64,000 nucleotides of DNA, from positions 1 through 64,000 of the IMG/VR virus record IMGVR_UViG_3300047368_000324, one strand, 5' to 3'. A model generated the notes under the pieces. That model saw only the letters and a list, made by a program, of their open reading frames with translations. It was not told where the DNA came from and did not search any database. Below, in pieces: positions 11,337 to 21,475 of the stretch; the first letter of the stretch is position 1, and every line of letters starts with the position of its first letter. This DNA is from a virus. Position numbers and translations under genes: made by a program.

Positions 11337-12431
11337 ATGAGCGAAAAATTAGCGTACAACTTGAGCGAAGATTCCATTACTATCTTTTTTGATGGAAAAC
11401 CACACACGATCCGTAAAGATAATGCAAATTTCTCTGCATTACGATCTGCAATCTTTGAGGGGAGATATGATGATGTCCCCGAACTTCTTGACATCAAGAA
11501 GGCAGTTGAAGATTTTGTAGAGGGTGATGTTGAGGTTAGAGATGAAGTCTTATATTATAAAGGCAAACATAGATTACATGGAGTTGTCGTTGACAAACTC
11601 TTAGATATGTTGCGTAGTGGAATGAAGGATTCTACTCCAATAACTAATTACATTGGTAGATTGATGAATAATCCATCATCTAACTCTGTTGACGAACTTT
11701 ATAGCTTCCTAGGGTATAAATCTTTACCGATTTCTCCCGAAGGTAAAGTTTTAGGTTACAAGGGTGTTCAATCTGATTATTGGAGTAACACAGGCAATGC
11801 AGATACAATCGTGTTGCAAGGCGAAACCAATAGCAGACATCAAATTTACAATGGTGTTGGCGAAACTATTGAGATTCAGCGTAGAAGTTGCGATGACAAC
11901 AAAGACAACCATTGTTCTCATGGTTTGCACATCGGTTCGTATGATTATGCTAATAGTTGGGCATCTTCTGAAGGCAGATTACTTCTTGTGGAGTTTGATC
12001 CGCAAGATGCAGTCTCCGTTCCAACGGATTGTAATTTTCAAAAATTAAGGGTTTGTAAGTACAAAGTGGTTGCAGACATTACCGACTCTCGTCAAGAGCT
12101 AGATAAGGTAGTCTACGAGGCTAATAAGCCTATCTATGGTTCTGATGCTGATGATTGTTGCGAAGATGAATCTTGCGACTACGATTGCGAGGGAACGATC
12201 ACAGGCGAGTGGGACGATGAGGAAGATTTAGTTTCAAAATTAGATGTTAAAAACTTTATTGAAAATAAATTAGATAATGGCGAAGAGGTTACTCTTAAAC
12301 TTATATCTTCATTGAAGGTTTGTAGAGAAGAAGGTTGGAGAATAAGAGACATTGCCGTTATAGTTGAAGACTTGGGTTTTGATCTTCATAGTGATGCTGA
12401 AGAAATCATGTCAAATTGGAAAGTTTCATAA
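11337..12431 (+). CDS. rIIB: rIIB-like protein
   Basis: LYSFL...LPISPEGKVLGYKGV, HCSHGLHIGSYDYA, DPQDAVSVPTD, KLRVCKYKVV. Confidence 0.88.
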   Translation: MSEKLAYNLSEDSITIFFDGKPHTIRKDNANFSALRSAIFEGRYDDVPELLDIKKAVEDFVEGDVEVRDEVLYYKGKHRLHGVVVDKLLDMLRSGMKDSTPITNYIGRLMNNPSSNSVDELYSFLGYKSLPISPEGKVLGYKGVQSDYWSNTGNADTIVLQGETNSRHQIYNGVGETIEIQRRSCDDNKDNHCSHGLHIGSYDYANSWASSEGRLLLVEFDPQDAVSVPTDCNFQKLRVCKYKVVADITDSRQELDKVVYEANKPIYGSDADDCCEDESCDYDCEGTITGEWDDEEDLVSKLDVKNFIENKLDNGEEVTLKLISSLKVCREEGWRIRDIAVIVEDLGFDLHSDAEEIMSNWKVS

Positions 12432-13109
12432 TGGATACAACTTTACAGAAAAACGAATTATTGAATTCAATTAGTAATGCTAATTCAGTACAAGTTGATG
12501 CTTCATGGGCAATTCTTAAATACAAGGAAATTGGTATTTATAGAAAAGTTGCTTGTTTAAGTTCCTTATTTCATGTAGAATTTGAGAGCGTATTAGATAC
12601 GCTCCCGAAGGATGAAGAGGGTAGGCTACTTGATTACAAGACAAGACACTTGATCCATGATGCACTACTTTTAGTATCATGAGTGAAGAATCAGAATTAT
12701 TTATTCACCAACTTCAATCAGAACTTACTCAAGTTATCGTAGAAATCGGAAAGCAATATACCGATATAACAAGTCAACAACAAATGGCAGACTATCTTGA
12801 GGTTTTAATTGAATCTTTAAAATATTTTCACGAAAGAGGAAATTACGGAAGAATGGCTTATGATATATATAAAGCAATAGATTTCTTGCCATCTGCATTT
12901 CCAATTAAATAACATGACTGAAGAGATAGAGAATATTATATATAAATATATACAGAATAAAGAAAAATTAAATACTATCGAAGAATTAAATACTTATTTA
13001 AATAAATTAAGTGATGATGATTTTGAAATTCTTGCTGAATATATTTTAAACAAACTAAAAGAAGATAATTCTTGACTTTCGGGGCTAAACAAAATAGAAT
13101 ACTTATATT

Positions 13110-13520
13110 ATGGGATTAGATCAACAAGCTTATAGCAAAAATTCAGAAGGAGAAGAACATGAAATCGCTTATTGGAGAAAGCACAATCGCCTTCAAGGGT
13201 GGATGGAAGAACTTTGGCAAGCCAAGGGTAGACCAAACTACGAACCGACTGATAATGGGGGTCTAGGAGACTTTAATTGCGTTAATCTTTATTTAAATGA
13301 GCAAGACCTTGATGACCTTGAGGATGCAGTTTGTGCGAAAGCGTTACCATCGTGCGGTGGATTCTTCTTTGGAGATGATTCGTTCTCTTGGGCAAACAAG
13401 CATGGAGAACATCATGAAGGTTATGATTATTTCTACAAGGAACTAGATATGGAATTCATAGAAAAAGCTAGAGATGAAATTAATAAAGGAAATAAAGTAT
13501 TCTATACTTGTTGGTGGTGA
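13110..13520 (+). CDS. conserved phage hypothetical protein
   Basis: MGLDQ...EIAYWRKHNRLQGWM...DFNC...YTCWW pattern. Confidence 0.7.
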   Translation: MGLDQQAYSKNSEGEEHEIAYWRKHNRLQGWMEELWQAKGRPNYEPTDNGGLGDFNCVNLYLNEQDLDDLEDAVCAKALPSCGGFFFGDDSFSWANKHGEHHEGYDYFYKELDMEFIEKARDEINKGNKVFYTCWW

Positions 13521-13967
13521 ATATGTATTCAATAGACATAATTGATATTGTTAATAATATATTTATCGGAACAGGTTTGGCGGTACTCTTAATATTTGTT
13601 TTATTTTTAGCATTTACTTATGATGACTAATAACAAAGAAAGAGAATTATTATTAAATATAAATAATATAGAGAACGAATTAAACATAATTGAAAAAGAA
13701 TTAGATTACATAATCGACAATGCTCCCGAAGATGGAGAGGTTGCAGAACTCTTAGAAATCGAGCGAGGTTACCTTTTGTCAGAACTTGGCATCGCCAAGG
13801 ATTCTTATATGTTACTTACTAAAGATAAATAATTACATTCTCTATACAATATATATATAAGCATAATATAAGAACAAATAACACACTTATATTATTACTT
13901 GATTTATTTTAAGTTAATGATTATTATTAATTTATATATAAACACTTGTAAATAAAGGGATTCCGTT

Positions 13968-14002
13968 GTGGGTCAAAGTGGGAGAAAGTGGGTCTGTATG
14001 GG
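13968..14002 (+). promoter_or_regulatory. four (G/A)TGGG boxes at exact 10-bp period, MraZ-binding-site-like
   Basis: GTGGG 13968, 13978, 13988 and ATGGG 13998 in an otherwise very AT-rich intergenic region. Confidence 0.55.
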
Positions 14003-14338
14003 CTACGCGACTTCAATATATATAATAACTAATATAAATATATTCAAATAACAAATGAAATTAAACAAAATAAACAAAATTCTAAATAATATAAATTCAA
14101 AATTGCTTGAAATTAAACTTAAAAATAATTTTAATAGTAAAAATATATCTAATAATTGCGAAATGAAAATTGATAATGAAAATAATTCAAATACAAAGCG
14201 AAATAAATACGGATTTCCAACTTTATTCAGATAATACTGCTCTTTTTAACATATTTTAATTGATTAATATATATTAATTGGTCGCGTTCGCAAGTTTTCG
14301 GTTGACAAGCAAGCGATATTGCCACATACTTATAACAT

Positions 14339-15688
14339 ATGAGCGAATTAACACGAAATATAAATGCTTTGCTAGATGAATATAATGATATTAAACAAGA
14401 TAAATCAATAACAGGCGATTCTATTGAAAATATAATTAGTGATATAAATAAATTAACTAATAATGGATTAAATGTTAATGATATATTCACAAATAACTAC
14501 TATGTTAACGATTATCAAGAGGATAAGCGTTGTGCGAGTGGCAAAATCTTCGGAGTAAAGCAATCATGATTGAATTAGAGACAAATAAACATATAGCACC
14601 AAAGACAGGGCAATATAAACTAGAAATAATTGATAAAACAATTGATGAAATTATATTAATTTATGAAAATAAAAATATAAATGATTTAATTGAAATAATG
14701 AATGGTTTTAGTCTTAATAAATATAGTAGAAGATTAACAGGTAGTGATATGTACTTGTGGGAGACTTAATATTGCATTATATATCAAGCAATAAACGAAA
14801 TTAAGATTGAATTTGAGCCAAATAACTTCAAATAAAGCTATTATGCCATATATACCAAGCATTTATGTCGATAAAACAGAAAAAAATCGACACATTAAAA
14901 AAAAGTGTTGACAAGAGCGACATATTTTGCGATACTTAAACCATGACACAATTACAAAGCACTTACAACACGATCCGCAAGCAACGCGACATTGCGGATG
15001 AGGTATCTAACTTGAGTTCGTACATGAGCGGAAACACAAGCGAGCTTGTGCAACACATAGGCTTTCTAGGAGATAAGATAGAAGACCAAGCACAAATGAC
15101 TAATGGATATTTAGATGATATAAGATCATCAATAGATAAGAATACAGAAGCATTACAATTAATAGCTAGAATTTTACAAAATAAATAATAAATTTAATAA
15201 CATTAATAAATATATAATTATGAGTATCGCAAAAAACGCAAGAGCATCAGAAGTAATGAGCAAAGTGCAGAATGGACACTACGCTAGAAATGGAAAGTTT
15301 GCAAACTTCGGTTCTATCCCCGAAGATAGCATATATTACCACACTTGGTTGGCACAGAAAGCCGAGCAGAAGCAAAAAGAAAAAATGGCTCAACGAGCAA
15401 TCAGATCGGGGGTTCGTAGTCATGCCTAAGTATGCAGTATTTGTTAAAATGGTTCACCTTGGCAAGTTTGTTATCGAGGCAGAAGACGAAGAGCACGCAA
15501 GGCTTATAATGGATTCGGGAGAAATTGCAGATGATGAATGTGTGGATATTCAGTCGGTAGAGAGCGAGATTACGACTATTGAACTTGCTGATAAACCACC
15601 ATTTGAGGGTTTTGAATCACCTAGAATACCCGAAGACTTTGAGACAATGACCACTGATGGAGAAATAATAGAAGATAATAAAGAATAA
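14339..15688 (+). CDS. five short hypothetical early genes (last probably starts at 15422, acidic)
   Basis: TTGACA promoters at 14302 and 14908; packed ORFs. Confidence 0.6.
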
Positions 15689-15789
15689 TATGGAAATAAT
15701 AGTTGCATCACTTTTAACTTGTTTTTTAAATAAAACAGTAATATATATTAAACCAAACCAAGAACAAATAATTTATACAGAAAATACTA

Positions 15790-15875
15790 TTGACAAATAA
15801 TCAAATATATAGTATTATTAATACATAACAATTGAGAAATAAACTCAATCAAATAAAATAAATTGATCTTTAACA
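15790..15875 (+). promoter_or_regulatory. sigma70 promoter, hairpin and boxA-like antitermination leader
   Basis: TTGACA 15790, 17 bp, TATTAT 15813; hairpin attgag/ctcaat 15831-15849; TGATCTTTAACA 15864-15875 versus rrn boxA TGCTCTTTAACA. Confidence 0.7.
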
Positions 15876-15882
15876 TTTTAAA

Positions 15883-16305
15883 TTTTGAGCATAGATCTCG
15901 CAAGCATTAAGTTGCTAAAAGCCAATTCTTGTAAGTCTCAATTCACTTTGGAACAATGAGTCGATAGCTGAGTATCGGACATTGACTCGTTCCATTCTAT
16001 TTGGAAGGGCTTATAATCCTTCCTGTGGGTGACTCGAAATAACCTGTCGTGAGCGGGTTAAGGTATGCAGATCCCTGTGGTAGGGACGGTAGAGTCCAAT
16101 CGGATGAGCCGAATGACAAATGCCAAGTCTAGTCTGTAGTTCGAAGTAGGTAATCCATGAACTGATGTTCACGCCGAAAAGTTGAAGGTATACAGTAGTC
16201 CTTCCCCACATTTATTTTTACAGGCAAATATGCGGAGGTTGTGTGTTGCCTCTAGTGACTATCATCGCCTGTTAGGTAACTCAATAAAAGCCTAACGCTC
16301 CAAAA
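15883..16305 (+). ncRNA. large structured non-coding RNA, family not recognised
   Basis: GC-richer, no credible ORF; ends pair (ttttgagc / gctccaaaa); helices ggaac..gagtcgat/attgactcgttcc, ggaaggg/tccttcc, tgtggg/cccaca, taacctg/cgggtta, tccct/aggga, tcgg/ccga, tgaac/gttca, gaagg/ccttc, caggc/gcctg, gttagg/cctaac; own promoter and terminator. Confidence 0.72.
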
Positions 16306-16335
16306 GCCCCCATCTTTCGAGGTGGGGGTTTTTTT
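16304..16335 (+). terminator. intrinsic terminator
   Basis: aagcccccatc-tttcga-ggtgggggtt followed by a T run. Confidence 0.85.
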
Positions 16336-16372
16336 GTTTGACAAGATCGACCACCTAGTCTACTATGGTAGC

Positions 16373-16884
16373 ATGAACACATTAAAAGACATACTATCAC
16401 ATTTCGGATACATTAACTCGGCTCAGCTCGCAGAGCTTAACGAACACTTTCCTCACATGAGGGTGGTTATTAAATGGGGCGGATTGCCTCGTGAACGAGT
16501 TCCTGTATGGCAAGCAATTGAAACCATCGAGAGAGTCGAACGAGAGAACCTTGACTATTGCAGAGAGGTATTTCTATCTGCCAAGGATTGCAACAATCTT
16601 CGTGAGGCTTTACATATAACCACTAATTAAAATATATTATGAAGTATCAAGCAGAACATAGTGCAGTTGAATTAGGTCTATTAGATATAGATGATAGAGT
16701 ATATGATAATGAACATAGAATGGATTATGCTCAAAAACAAGAAATACAAAGTAGAGTTGAATTAATTAGATTATTATTGAAAAGAAATTTACCTCTAAAA
16801 GCTAAACAACAATTAAAATTCTTAGATAGATATATTGATCAATGCTTATATAATGATTATATGGTGAATGACTATTTATCTTGA
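16373..16884 (+). CDS. two hypothetical proteins (16373-16630, 16639-16884)
   Basis: TTGACA at 16338 puts the start at ATG 16373 rather than GTG 16322. Confidence 0.6.
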
Positions 16885-16915
16885 CCTTTATCTTAATCTT
16901 AATTAGTATTATACT

Positions 16916-17491
16916 ATGATAAATCCAGCAGAAGTAACTAACTATAATCGAACTCAATCTGAATTACAGGAGTTTTTATTATTTTGTATTAATGTCGCAG
17001 GTAAAAAGTCTGCAGTCGAGGCTCCAAAACTAGAAGTCTTCCTCGAAAGAGCAAAAGATATCTCTGACACAGATTCTCCATTTGATGCTCTTCGTGCTCT
17101 AGAAAAAGCTGGCAGACTACAGGAGGTGCTTCATTGGGCGTCAATTAGCCCTTACAAGCAACGCTACAACAGCTACAAGGATGTTCTTGCTCTAGGAGAC
17201 CTACAAGCAGTTACTCTCGCCCGCCTGATGCAGGTGCGAGGTGTTGGACTTAAAACCGCACGATTCTTTCTATCTCACAGTCGCGAGGACTTTGATGAGC
17301 CCATGCTTGACACACATATTCTTCGCTTCCTTAGGGATCAGGGTTACAGAGACGCCCCAAAAAGTACCCCTCAAAACCAAGGAATCTACAACTATTACTC
17401 TAATGTATTTAAAATGTTTGCTCGTACACTTGGCAAATCAGTTACTGATTTGGATTTAGAAATCTGGAAGCAATACTCAAAAACAGAATAA
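16916..17491 (+). CDS. second HhH-GPD DNA glycosylase-like protein
   Basis: HhH LMQVRGVGLKTARFFL, PMLDTHILRFL, C-terminal DLDLEIW. Confidence 0.75.
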   Translation: MINPAEVTNYNRTQSELQEFLLFCINVAGKKSAVEAPKLEVFLERAKDISDTDSPFDALRALEKAGRLQEVLHWASISPYKQRYNSYKDVLALGDLQAVTLARLMQVRGVGLKTARFFLSHSREDFDEPMLDTHILRFLRDQGYRDAPKSTPQNQGIYNYYSNVFKMFARTLGKSVTDLDLEIWKQYSKTE

Positions 17492-17642
17492 ATTGGAACT
17501 ACTAATAATCATAACTATGGGTACAGTAATGGGCGTGAAGCTAGCATTCGAATCTTGGAATGACTAAAACGCCAAATACGTAAATGACAAATATGGAAAT
17601 ACCAAATAACCAAATAATATATATTCAGCAGAGAGCGCCGCC

Positions 17643-17721
17643 CAACACCCTGAACATCAACGACTTATGAAATTTTCGCCTAGTCTGAGAATCTCGTAAG
17701 TCTTTAAGAAGCAAGGATTTA
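17643..17721. repeat. arm-core-arm element, copy A (core CCTAGT 17679; left spacer 11 bp)
   Basis: caacaccctgaacatcaacgactta-tgaaattttcg-cctagt-ctgagaatctcg-taagtctttaagaagcaaggattta. Confidence 0.8.
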
Positions 17722-17777
17722 CAACAAAAGTAAAAAAAGTGTTGACAGCAAGCAGTCTGTAGGTTAGTATTATATAC

Positions 17778-18981
17778 ATGATTAATTACGATATACCAAA
17801 CTCAATCTCACAATTTCAATCGAAAGCTATGTTGGAATTTTCCCATCTTGATTTCAAGCCACATCGTCATGCTGACGGAGTTCAAGCTGTGCTTGAATTG
17901 GGTAATGACATCTCGATTTCTGTCGTTGCGAACAACGAAGGAGGTCAAGGGCTTTATGGTAATCTCAAGGAGGATCTTTACGAAGTTGCGTTTTTTTATA
18001 AAAATGATATGATTCCTCTTTCTCCTTCCGATGATGTTGTGGGATGGCAATCTCCTCAGCAGATTTCTTATCTAATGATGAAGGCTCAATCCGAGGGTAT
18101 TTATTGGGTGGATGAACTTCGAGAAGCAAAAAGAGAATATAGAAAAGAATTAGGGCTTGACAGCTGAGCACTATTAATCTAGTATTATATCATGACAACA
18201 GAAGAAGAATACAGACAAAGAGCAGAAACAGTTTTAAACATCGTTAACGGCAATCTTGCATGGTCAAATCCAAGTTCAACAGTTTGCCTTGACCAACATG
18301 AGCGTCATCCCGAAAAGTTCCCAAAGGGAAGTGCATTTCAATCGTTCGATGAATCTTTAGATGACATCATTCGAGACTTGACATCCTATAGAGATGAGAC
18401 TAGAATAGAATCATCTTTTCAATCAGCAGAACTATAACCAACACACACTATGTTAACAAACGAAAAACAAATTGCAGAGTTTAGACTCCGCACTCTCCAT
18501 AAAATGCTCAAGCTTGAACTTCTTGGAATGAAACGCAGAGGTCAATCGGCTTACGCTATCATAAAACAAGAAACAGGTTTTACAGGATCAAAGCAAAAAG
18601 TCTATGACAAACTTGATGACCTGCTCAACCCTCCTGCTCACGATGTGGAAATGGAAAAAGCAATTTATAATGCTTGACATTTAATTCAAACTATATTATA
18701 TTTATATCATGTTAGATTATATTGAAGCAAACTGCGAATTACCTTCGCTTGAAGACAAAGCCTCCTACGACCAAGAATCGGGAATGTGGGAATTATATTT
18801 CGAGGAGCTTTTGCCCTCTTGGTACAATCGGAGCGAAGGCGAGCATCCTGACCTCATCACTTTACATTTCGAGAGCGAACACGAAGCTCAAGAAATTCTT
18901 AATCAACAATCAACAATCCTCAACAAAAGGAATCAAGAAAATGAAGTTAGTTCAGAAAATCAAGAACCTGTTCTCTCCTAA
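17778..18981 (+). CDS. four hypothetical early genes
   Basis: TTGACA at 17742, 18157 and 18674, each 35-36 bp before an ATG. Confidence 0.7.
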
Positions 18982-19171
18982 GTATCAAGTCGTCTATCGC
19001 ACGCTTGACGGCAGAACAGAACGCTATACCATCAACAAACCATCATATGCTTATGAATTTGGCAACAATCAGGAGGGCAAGCAAATCGTTGGCTTCCGTT
19101 CTTATTGTCATAATCGCCACGGAGTGCGTTCATTCCGTTACGATAGAGTCGTAGCATTAGAAAAGGCATAA
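18941..19171 (+). CDS. stand-alone WYL-like domain protein
   Basis: VVYRTLDGRTERYTI...FRSYCHNRHGVRSFRYDRV fits WYL Y....G..t.R.i ... aYCh.R...R.FR.DRi; likely start ATG 18941. Confidence 0.6.
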   Translation: MKLVQKIKNLFSPKYQVVYRTLDGRTERYTINKPSYAYEFGNNQEGKQIVGFRSYCHNRHGVRSFRYDRVVALEKA

Positions 19172-19345
19172 TTATATGACTGCATCATCACTTAAAAAAC
19201 AGATTCGTCAACTTGGCTACGAGCTAATGCTTGCAGAGGTAACAGAATCTTATTGCGAAGAATTCATTGAGAAGAGGAAATTGCACGACTCTCTACTTGA
19301 GAAATTATATAAGTTAGAGAAAAGAGTTTTCTGATTCTACCCTCC

Positions 19346-19425
19346 TAAACCACTATCCCCCAATGACTTGGGGGATTTTGGTCCTAGGCCCGCCGTGCCG
19401 GAAGTCTATGATAGAGAAGCACTTA
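19346..19425. repeat. arm-core-arm element, copy B (core CCTAGG 19383)
   Basis: taaaccactatcccccaatgacttg-ggggattttggt-cctagg-cccgccgtgccg-gaagtctatgatagagaagcactta; overlaps a terminator-like hairpin atcccccaa-tgac-ttgggggat. Confidence 0.8.
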
Positions 19426-19803
19426 AGTAACAAAAAAAATGTATTTATTAGTCATTTTATAGTTGCAATTTAAACCCGTTCTGTCATACTTATATGTATG
19501 ATAATTAATGAAGACTACCAATCAGATGAAAACCCTAGTGCTGAACTCGTTGTCGAGGCGATCATGGATCAAATCTCTGACATACTTATTCAACCTATGC
19601 ACGAAAAACTTACTGCTGAAGATCAACTTACGCTTGGTCTTGTAGCAAGTGCCTTAAAGGTATTAGGCAAGAAAGCTCAAGCTTACGATAATTTACAAAA
19701 CGGAGATTTACCTCTCGATTGGCAAAATTAATGCTTGACTTTTTATATATATTCACTTATACTTATATTATAACAATCAGATAAACCCAAACTTAAAAAA
19801 ATT

Positions 19804-20601
19804 ATGTTAGATACAACTCAAGAAACTCCTCGTCTTAACCTTCGCATTTGCGGTAACCGATCAACCATCGTTGACATGGATGCCGTTCGTAGAGTGCCAA
19901 CTCCACAAGCAACCAATCGCTGGAAACCTATTGCTCACTCAAAAGTTGTGGATACAACTCGAAACACTCTTGAAGACAAAGGTTTTGAAATTCTTAACGA
20001 ATGCCATAATGTGACCAAAGGTGGCGAGCATTACTTTGGAATGTTTCAAGTCAATCATGCTGACCTTTCCGATAATGGTGGCGAGCGTGGTTGCGTTGTG
20101 GGCATGAGAAATTCCCATGACAAACTTTTCGCAGCAGGTTTGTGTGCAGGTGACGCACCATTCATCTGTGACAATCTTATTTTTCACAATGAAGTTGTAT
20201 TTACTCGCAAGCATATTGGCGATGTTCATGGCGAACTTATTACGAGAGTGAACAAAATCACCGAGTACTTAATCCCTATGTGGACTCGCCAAAATGATCG
20301 AGTGCAAGCTTACAAAGACCTTGCCGTCAATGATCGAGAAGCCCAACATCTTATTTTCGATGTTTACGAGGCAGGAATCAAGACCAATTTGATTGGTAAA
20401 TCCATGCTTGCCCAAGCTTGGGAACAATGGAGAAGTTCTGACCACAAAGTTTTTCAAGATCGAAATCTCAATTCATTGTACAACGCATTCACGGAAGTAA
20501 GCAAAGGCAGAAATGTTATGCACTTGCCCAAACGATCTGAAATCTTTCACAATGCTTTTGATCCTGTCGCAGGGGTTGAAGAGGTTGAACTCGTAGCTTA
20601 A
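19804..20601 (+). CDS. DUF932/DUF945-family protein
   Basis: WKPIAH, GMRNSHDK...GLCAG...FICDNLIF...RKH, SLYNAFTE. Confidence 0.75.
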   Translation: MLDTTQETPRLNLRICGNRSTIVDMDAVRRVPTPQATNRWKPIAHSKVVDTTRNTLEDKGFEILNECHNVTKGGEHYFGMFQVNHADLSDNGGERGCVVGMRNSHDKLFAAGLCAGDAPFICDNLIFHNEVVFTRKHIGDVHGELITRVNKITEYLIPMWTRQNDRVQAYKDLAVNDREAQHLIFDVYEAGIKTNLIGKSMLAQAWEQWRSSDHKVFQDRNLNSLYNAFTEVSKGRNVMHLPKRSEIFHNAFDPVAGVEEVELVA

Positions 20602-20875
20602 TTTTAACACTAAAAACAAAGGATATATATTATGAAATGCCGTAATCTCAACGAAGTACTCGATTCACGCAAAGGACGATTTGTTTCCGTCCTTCTCAAG
20701 AATGGTCTGAAGCGTGAGCTTTATTCAGCTAAAGTTCACGACTATAATTCTAAAGCCGTCCGTTTCCGTGACACTAATGGGGGCGAGCGTAGAGTTGAAC
20801 GCTCTATGATTGTCAGGGCTAAGGTTGCCGAGCGTTATTTTAAACGCTCAAGGAGCTGACCAAAGCCCTCCTTCA

Positions 20876-20905
20876 AAAACCCTTGGGAAACCAAGGGTTT
20901 TTTTT
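20876..20905 (+). terminator. intrinsic terminator
   Basis: aaaacccttgg-gaaa-ccaagggtttt plus T run, directly before repeat copy C. Confidence 0.85.
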
Positions 20906-20911
20906 GTGCCT

Positions 20912-20991
20912 TAACCTATTGTAGGTCAATGACTTACGGGCCGGCAACCCTAGGGAAATTAACTCGCAAGTCTTTGATTATCAAGCGTTTA
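20912..20991. repeat. arm-core-arm element, copy C (core CCTAGG 20949)
   Basis: taacctattgtaggtcaatgactta-cgggccggcaac-cctagg-gaaattaactcg-caagtctttgattatcaagcgttta. Confidence 0.85.
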
Positions 20992-21035
20992 AAATTAAAT
21001 GTTGACATTGAGTTCTTATCTGTTATTATATAGTT

Positions 21036-21437
21036 ATGATTAGAACAAAACCAGACTCTCGCTACGACATCGACTATGACCGCAAGGTGTTCGTATATAA
21101 AAATCTTCACAAGAATTGCTGGAGCATTCGCCAGGACGGATTGGTTAAGGCTCATTCAGATGGGTCTCCAATCTCTATATATTCAGCGGTAATGAAAGTT
21201 AATCAAAAAGGTCGTGAGCGTGTGATTCGAGAAAAAAGTAAGAATGTTCATGCCGGTATCTTAGGTTACATCCGTCACGAAGATTTGAAAGTATGGGATG
21301 GATGGGTTGACATGATCGAAATTACATACAATCCTTACAAGTATCATTCTTTTGTAGATGTCGAAAACAAGAAGACAAGATACTTTGCTACTCTTTGCAA
21401 ACTTTATCAAGATAAAGTTTTAGTTGAGCGTTATTAA
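21036..21437 (+). CDS. conserved phage hypothetical protein
   Basis: VYKNLHKNCWSI...V...GRERVIREKSKNVHA...TYNPYK pattern. Confidence 0.7.
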   Translation: MIRTKPDSRYDIDYDRKVFVYKNLHKNCWSIRQDGLVKAHSDGSPISIYSAVMKVNQKGRERVIREKSKNVHAGILGYIRHEDLKVWDGWVDMIEITYNPYKYHSFVDVENKKTRYFATLCKLYQDKVLVERY

Positions 21438-21475
21438 GGGTTGACAAGTTAATTTATTTTTATTAGTATAGTATC

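Noticed and set aside
16011-16211. Minus-strand 66-aa ORF
   Set aside because: Antisense to a promoter-terminator unit, atypical composition, no promoter or SD.
15883-16305. tRNA, tmRNA, group I intron or hammerhead identity for the structured RNA
   Set aside because: No cloverleaf or GGTTCGAATCC arm, no tmRNA ends, not interrupting a gene, and CTGATG/GAAA fragments are not arranged as a hammerhead core.
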